Assembly (NCBI GenBank): GCA_963727805.1
Contig: CAVSHF010000003.1
Span: forward strand, 2,272,001 to 2,336,000
Reading direction: 5' to 3'
Source of the DNA: an uncultured Nitrospiraceae bacterium
GTDB taxonomy: Bacteria > Nitrospirota > Thermodesulfovibrionia > Thermodesulfovibrionales > Dissulfurispiraceae
DNA: 64,000 nt
The notes under the pieces were generated by a model. The model was not told the DNA's origin and did not search any database. It saw nothing but the letters and a program-made list of their open reading frames with translations. Shown one piece after another: positions 58,559 to 64,000 of the stretch; the stretch's first letter is position 1; every line of letters starts with the position of its first letter. The position numbers were made by a program, and so were the translations under genes.

Positions 58559-60204
58559 CCCAGATAATTCATAAATAATCGGCAAAAAAATAGCCAACGT
58601 CCTTTGAACCTTGGTATTATTGAAGGTGCGAGCAACAAAAACCCAAGAAAGGACATTGGCTACTATGACAAAGTGTAACACAGAACAGCTTGGATTTTCA
58701 TTCCTGCGGAAGCGCAAACTGACGGTGGATTTTGGAGGCGGAGAGATCACATCTGACTCCGGACTTCTGCTTGTCAGGCAGGCCGATCAAGCATTGGGAC
58801 TCTTGAAAGGATTGGCGAGCTGCATCACAGACCGGCGGGATTGTCGGTACACAGATCATGACTTGTTGACTCTTCTGAGACAGCGAATATATCAGATAGT
58901 GGCAGGCTATGAAGACTGCAATGACGCGAACTTTCTGAGGAAAGATCCCGCATTGAAAGCAGCTTGCGGCAGGATGCCAAGCGACAAGGAACTGGGATCG
59001 CAGCCTACACTGTCGAGGTTGGAGAACACCGTAACCCAAGAAGATCTTTATCGGATGGGGCAGTGGTTTGTTGATCTGTATGTCCGTCGCAACCGGAAGC
59101 GTAAGCCAAAGCGAATCATCATTGATGTCGACGGCACCGACGATCCTACATATGGGGACCAACAGCTCACCTTTTTTCACGGCTACTATGATCAGTATAT
59201 GTATCATCCTTTGTTGGTCTATGATGCTGATACAGGAGAGATGATCACAGCAGTATTGAGGGCAGGCAATCGACACGCAAGTTATGGCGTGGTTTCAATC
59301 TTGAAGCGGATAGTGGCGAGGCTCCAGGCAGCGTTTCCCAATGCTGAGATCATCATACGAGGTGACGCGGGGTTTGCGATCCCGGCCTTATATGAGTACT
59401 GCGAGAAAGAAAAGCTGAGTTATGTAATCGGCCTTATTCGCAACGACGTACTGGAGCGAATGATCGAAAGACTTCTTGAGAAGGTACAATCTCTCCACGA
59501 AAAGACAGGACAGAAGCAACGACTCTTTGCAGAGGGTTTTTATCAGGCACAGAGCTGGGAAAAAGAACGCCGAGTAATCATGAAGGCCGAATGGCTGCCG
59601 CAGGGACCAAACCGTCGGTTTGTGGTGACGAATCTTTCTATGGAGGCCAAACAACTCTACGAGTTCTACACAGAGCGCGGTGGCACTTGCGAGGTGCGCA
59701 TTGATGAATTCAAAAACGGGCTGAAGGCGGATCGGTTAAGTTGCCATCGTTTTGCTGCCAATCAGTTCAGGCTTTTTCTGCACATGGCTGCATATTGGCT
59801 CGTACTGCGGCTCAGACAAGCGCTTGCTGAAACAGAGTTCTCATCGATGCAGATTCAGCAGCTCAGGACAAGGATCTTAAAGATCGGCGGCCAAGTAGTT
59901 CAGACAGCCAGACGGGTATGGTTCCGCCTGGCGAGCGGCTATCCTTGGAAAGACATCTTTGCCTTGGCATATCGACGACTTGCCGCTGATACCTGCTGAA
60001 ATTTCCCGAAGCCCAAAAGCACAGTAAAGTTCCAACGGGTGAAGTGCGCTCAAAACAGGGCTGCAGTGTCCCATACATCGTATTGCATGCGACCACAAGC
60101 CTCTCGTCACCTCAAAAAGTTGACTGACAATCCATTCTACCGTGCTCTCAGCGATGAAACAGCTTCAATTCGGCTCAGTTCTGAAAATTTATGAATTAAC
60201 TGGG
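58559..60204 (+). mobile_element. IS1380-family insertion sequence, intact
   Basis: IRL CCCAGATAATTCATAAA (58559-75), IRR TTTATGAATTAACTGGG (60188-204), 4-bp TSD CTAA on both sides. Confidence 0.93.
58665..59999 (+). CDS. IS1380-family transposase
   Basis: FGGGEITSDSG, GYEDCND, SQPTLSRLEN, DVDGTDD, RGDAGF, E.KNG. Confidence 0.93.
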   Translation: MTKCNTEQLGFSFLRKRKLTVDFGGGEITSDSGLLLVRQADQALGLLKGLASCITDRRDCRYTDHDLLTLLRQRIYQIVAGYEDCNDANFLRKDPALKAACGRMPSDKELGSQPTLSRLENTVTQEDLYRMGQWFVDLYVRRNRKRKPKRIIIDVDGTDDPTYGDQQLTFFHGYYDQYMYHPLLVYDADTGEMITAVLRAGNRHASYGVVSILKRIVARLQAAFPNAEIIIRGDAGFAIPALYEYCEKEKLSYVIGLIRNDVLERMIERLLEKVQSLHEKTGQKQRLFAEGFYQAQSWEKERRVIMKAEWLPQGPNRRFVVTNLSMEAKQLYEFYTERGGTCEVRIDEFKNGLKADRLSCHRFAANQFRLFLHMAAYWLVLRLRQALAETEFSSMQIQQLRTRILKIGGQVVQTARRVWFRLASGYPWKDIFALAYRRLAADTC

Positions 60205-60271
60205 CTAAAACGATCGAGAACTCGGCACTCTCAATCTCACTTTATTTCACGATACTAATAAAGAGAAGAAT

Positions 60272-60712
60272 ATGGATAAAGGTAGCGATGACACCATAGT
60301 GACATGCAGTATCAGACTTCAAGACCTCAAGCAGTGGGAAATGAACGGCAAGGAGACTATACCGTTTTACCTTCACGCGGGAGATAGTGGCGGCTTGGTG
60401 TTCAATGATAAGCCGGAAATCGCATGCCAGTTGATAAGGATATACAATACGCAGAAGATTTCCTTTTACATAAAGCTCGTCTCCTTCCTCAACGCCGAGC
60501 GAGTCGCAGCTCGGATAGTTTCGGCACCGCTAGACGATGTGCTCGAGGTTCACGCCCAACTCTCGAACAATTATGCGCTGAGTCGGTTAAGGTCCTCAAA
60601 GCTAGTGGGGATCATCCCAACCTTTCTGGTGGTCACCGACAATCTCCATTCAGAAATGCGACTTGGTGGCTGCTACTCCGAGTTTCTTAAGTCAAATAGT
60701 CCACAAAGATAA
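60272..60712 (+). CDS. Hypothetical protein
   Basis: 146-aa ORF with weak RBS; no recognised motif. Confidence 0.4.
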   Translation: MDKGSDDTIVTCSIRLQDLKQWEMNGKETIPFYLHAGDSGGLVFNDKPEIACQLIRIYNTQKISFYIKLVSFLNAERVAARIVSAPLDDVLEVHAQLSNNYALSRLRSSKLVGIIPTFLVVTDNLHSEMRLGGCYSEFLKSNSPQR

Positions 60713-60846
60713 TGGGGCGTACACTGCAAGCCACTTGTGATACATTTTTTCGGGAATAAATACCTCCGGGGAAATATCCGCGGTAAAGGTTATCAGGTGA
60801 ATATAAGACTGAAGGAAATCACTTTATGAGACTAAAAAGACCTACG

Positions 60847-60975
60847 TGTAAATCGGCATCGAATTCTGACCCATCATCGGCGCCCGATGGCGACCCACTC
60901 ATTCATATGCTAAGAAGCTTAAGAACAATATGTTGCAACATTAGCAGGCGAGTCATAGATGAATGCCGATTTAAG
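60847..60975. mobile_element. IS21-like miniature element (MITE/remnant)
   Basis: TGTAAATCGGCATCGAATTCTGACCC with internal repeat ATCGGCG..GACCCA; inverted ATGCCGATTTA at 60963-60973. Confidence 0.55.
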
Positions 60976-61055
60976 CTAAAAGCGCATCAAATGGTCATGC
61001 CGATCAACAGGCAACATAGTAGTACCCATATAGAGGGCACCCATATAGAGGGCAC

Positions 61056-61441
61056 GTGTCAAGAGAAAAAATATCCCTATCAAGAAAATCCTTCTTGTTT
61101 TTTTGTTTCAGTTATCATCGTCTATCACCAGTGCCGTTTTTTCTTTAAATAGTGTGTCAGCCTTCACTGCACCACGCACCCATCAGGATTAAGGTAATGC
61201 CCCAAAACATGTACTGCAAGGCAAAACCCTTTCCGCTCATATGCGGACCAGAAAACCTTCGGTACCGGGCCGGGTCCATTTGTTATATCTCAGATTGCAT
61301 GGTTATTAACCAACCCTCACTGGCTCCCGACGCGGACAGTAAAGACGTCGATAACTTTTATGTTACTGCAGGGGACGGGTTCCAATCAGGTGCTTGGCTT
61401 ATTTCCAACTACTCAGTAGGTTCATCGTCCCCTCCAGGTCC
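61056..61441 (-). ncRNA. Candidate bridge/seek RNA region of the IS110 element
   Basis: Contains CACCTGA and AGTAG matching the flanks, and ATGGGTG matching the element end. Confidence 0.65.
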
Positions 61442-62461
61442 TTATTGAAATGCTTTATCCGGCATAAATATAACCCCATCCCTCATTATGTAATACGCAG
61501 CTCGGGTCAACTTGTGCGCCAGAGCGTTATGTGCAATAGGAGCGTTTGTTTGTTTCAGCTTGCGCTGATAATATTTTTGTGCTTCGGCATCGTGGAACCG
61601 TGCATGGTCTGAAGCTTCAGAAAACGCCCATGCCAGATACTTATTGCCGTTCTTCCTGTTGCCGGTCCCTTTCTTTTTGTCATTACTAAACCTTCCTGCT
61701 GGGACTTTCCTGCAATATGAAGCGTAGTTACCCACAGTCCGGAATCGTTCGATAGAACCAGTTTCTAACATGATAGTAGATGCGAGGATCTTGCCTACCC
61801 CAGGCATGCTTAGAAGACGGTCATAGGGATGACTTAAATGTATCCTTCCATCAATGATGTCCTCCATCGCCTTGATCTGTCTGGTCATGAAGTCTATAGT
61901 TTCCTTGCTCACTTTACCCGCCAGTGCAAGATCCTCGTTGTCAGCAAACAGAGGACTTACTCTGTCCGTCATCAGAAACTTCACATCGTTTGACTTCAGT
62001 CTACTGCCCAGGTTCCGTGCCACAATGTTCTGCAGGCTTACGATGAGAGATGTCCTAAGTTTTACTAAATGTCCTCTCTTCCTCAACAGGTCCCTTATCG
62101 GCCGTTCTTCTTTTGGGTAAATGTACCCCTTAGGCAATATGCACAATCGAAGCATCTCGGCAAGCCAGAAGGCATCATGTTTGTCAGTAGAGTATTTCAG
62201 TCCAGCGTATTGCTGAGCTTTCATTACGTTGGCTAGATGCACCTGGTATCCCTCCTCCTTAAGTAGATCAACTAAAAAGTACCAGTTGTATGTCGACTCT
62301 ACAACAATCCCTTCAATGTCACCTTTGTATGGCCTGAGCGTTTCCTTGATTGTTGCCGGTTCATTAAGGATCTTCTTCTTGAAAATCCTCTTTCCAGTTT
62401 CATCGATGATTCCCACATACGAGTTGTTTGAATGTAAATCAAAACCTGCGTATAATCCCAT
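61442..62461 (-). CDS. IS110-family transposase/recombinase
   Basis: GFDLH, VVES, TDKHDA (DEDD), PGVG, conserved Ser in RFSN, GN..L; AGGAGG RBS before ATG 62461. Confidence 0.93.
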   Translation of the reverse strand: MGLYAGFDLHSNNSYVGIIDETGKRIFKKKILNEPATIKETLRPYKGDIEGIVVESTYNWYFLVDLLKEEGYQVHLANVMKAQQYAGLKYSTDKHDAFWLAEMLRLCILPKGYIYPKEERPIRDLLRKRGHLVKLRTSLIVSLQNIVARNLGSRLKSNDVKFLMTDRVSPLFADNEDLALAGKVSKETIDFMTRQIKAMEDIIDGRIHLSHPYDRLLSMPGVGKILASTIMLETGSIERFRTVGNYASYCRKVPAGRFSNDKKKGTGNRKNGNKYLAWAFSEASDHARFHDAEAQKYYQRKLKQTNAPIAHNALAHKLTRAAYYIMRDGVIFMPDKAFQ

Positions 62462-62600
62462 ACGGCACCTCCTAAAGGTTAAGATTGGCGTCTTGCCTTT
62501 GAGCATATCAATATATGATATGCTCGGGAGGTGCCCTCTATATGATTATCAGGTGATGTGAAACACATCTTTATGAGTTACTGCGTTATAAAATTGAACT

Positions 62601-63287
62601 ATGAAGATATTCTGTATATTGATACTTTTTCTACTAATTGGTTGCATCGCACATGCCGATATGTATCAGAGCGTAGCCGATGATGGTACTGTCCTTTATT
62701 CGAATATTTCGAGATCCGGATCAAAAGCTGTCATGAAAGAAAAAGCTATCGCGCTAAGAGATAACGCTAAGACTGCCCAAAATAAGATTTATGGAATCGG
62801 CGCGTTTCATCGTGTTGCCGAAGAGAAGGCCATAAAACATAATATCGACCCTAGACTCGTACAGGCTGTCATTTCCGCCGAGTCTAACTGGAATCCCAAT
62901 GCCGTTTCTCAAAAAGGGGCCGTCGGAATGATGCAGTTGATGCCCAAAACAGCAAGAGACATGGGTGTCGGCAATCCACTTAATGCCGATGAGAACATCG
63001 AAGGCGGCGTAAAGTATCTCAGATACCTTCTCACCAAGTTCGGAGGCAATCTTGCTCTCGCACTTGCTGCATATAATGCAGGACCGTCGTTGGTCGAAAA
63101 AGTCGGAGGCATTCCATCGATTCCGGAAACTGTCAGATATGTGAGGCAGGTAATGAATGAATATTCCGGAGGGGGCCACACAGCTTGGGACACAAGTAGC
63201 GATAGTGCGAAAATACTTAGGGTTGTGCTTAAGGATGGAACGCTCCTTATTACTAACTCATACGATACTGCCCACTCTTACAAGTAA
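62601..63287 (+). CDS. Lytic transglycosylase (SLT domain) with N-terminal DUF4124-like segment
   Basis: AVISAES, GAVGMMQLMP, AAYNAG, ETVRYV. Confidence 0.92.
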   Translation: MKIFCILILFLLIGCIAHADMYQSVADDGTVLYSNISRSGSKAVMKEKAIALRDNAKTAQNKIYGIGAFHRVAEEKAIKHNIDPRLVQAVISAESNWNPNAVSQKGAVGMMQLMPKTARDMGVGNPLNADENIEGGVKYLRYLLTKFGGNLALALAAYNAGPSLVEKVGGIPSIPETVRYVRQVMNEYSGGGHTAWDTSSDSAKILRVVLKDGTLLITNSYDTAHSYK

Positions 63288-63358
63288 CATATAATGCCCG
63301 CTAAAGAGGAACCAGACTGCCTGAGGCTGTCTGGCGAAGTGACTTCGTGACTTTCAGT

Positions 63359-63523
63359 CTAGGCTGCTGCCATCTTGTATACTATACCTACCGGTGGCTC
63401 ATGTGCAGGCGCAGCCGATATTTGCTGCGGCTCAACATCCTCTTCGTAATCGCAAAAACCATTGGAGCATTTCAAGAACGTAATCATGTTTACCATCATT
63501 CTGCCGCATGAAGGACATTTCAT
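63359..63523 (-). CDS. Small zinc-ribbon protein (54 aa, below ORF-track cutoff)
   Basis: GAGGAGG RBS; MKCPSCGRMMVNMITFLKCSNGFCDYEE... Confidence 0.7.
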   Translation of the reverse strand: MKCPSCGRMMVNMITFLKCSNGFCDYEEDVEPQQISAAPAHEPPVGIVYKMAAA

Positions 63524-64000
63524 AAGATCCTCCTCTGTTCTTATAGTGAGCTTATACGATAGTTTACTTGGAAAACATTACAGGAATATTTCGGCAACAT
63601 TAAATATTCGCGTCAAACGTTGGAAGTACATCTTGTAGTATTACTCTAAGAACGCTAATCGAAATTTTAGCCAGACATAGCATCTCTATGACTGTCAATA
63701 AAGTACCAGATTATTTTAGCTATCATCATACACGAGAATAGGTTACTTATGATGACTTTCACGTGTAAAGCGGAGCCAAAACTGAGAGGACTTGTCTCTC
63801 GGTTTCGGGAAGAAGTTGATACTGAACTCTTTGGAAACACCGCTCTGACAATCTGTCCGAACTAAATTGGAATAGTGTCCGAAGTAGATCGGAATAATTA
63901 CCTCGCCGATAGAACTGAAGGATTATCAGAAAAACCACGCAATGATCTGCTAGTAGGGGGAATACGCAGCAATTAATTCAAATTATGCTGTAAGGACTTC

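Larger units (their letters stand above)
61038..62551 (-). mobile_element. IS110-family element, IS1111 type (subterminal IRs, downstream noncoding region)
   Basis: IR CATATAGAGGGCAC at 61042-55 (+) and 62544-31 (-); about 385 nt noncoding region 3' of the transposase; outward TTGACA beside the right IR. Confidence 0.88.

Noticed and set aside
60826..61612. ORFs 60826-61152, 61152-61448 and 61394-61612
   Set aside because: They span MITE, IS end and antisense IS noncoding sequence; no coding signature

Overview
Bacterial chromosomal window; the gene content and order suggest an anaerobe of Nitrospirota/Deltaproteobacteria type (inference only). 1-31 kb is an acetate/acyl-CoA supercluster: two acs paralogues, ackA-pta, a CBS-pyrophosphatase, a CBS/nucleotidyltransferase plus DEDDh nuclease pair, an OFA-type MFS transporter, and an HDAC/AcuB/Pat acetylation cassette. 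It is interrupted by a giant cyclic beta-1,2-glucan synthase and a complete ORF-less group II intron (1525-2162, minus). 31-46 kb is housekeeping (hisD, cutA, purF, uvrB, uvrC, PBP1A, ALS). 46-64 kb is accessory and decaying: orphan antitoxin, larA with an internally deleted FAD-oxidase, pseudogenes, a promoter-driven rod-like candidate ncRNA preceded by three tandem repeats, an RT-encoding group II intron, an intact IS1380 with TSD, an IS21-like MITE, and an IS1111-type IS110 element whose downstream noncoding region contains short segments matching its own flanks and junction (candidate bridge/seek RNA). No CRISPR array, rRNA or tRNA was seen. All family assignments are from motif recognition by eye, not database searches.
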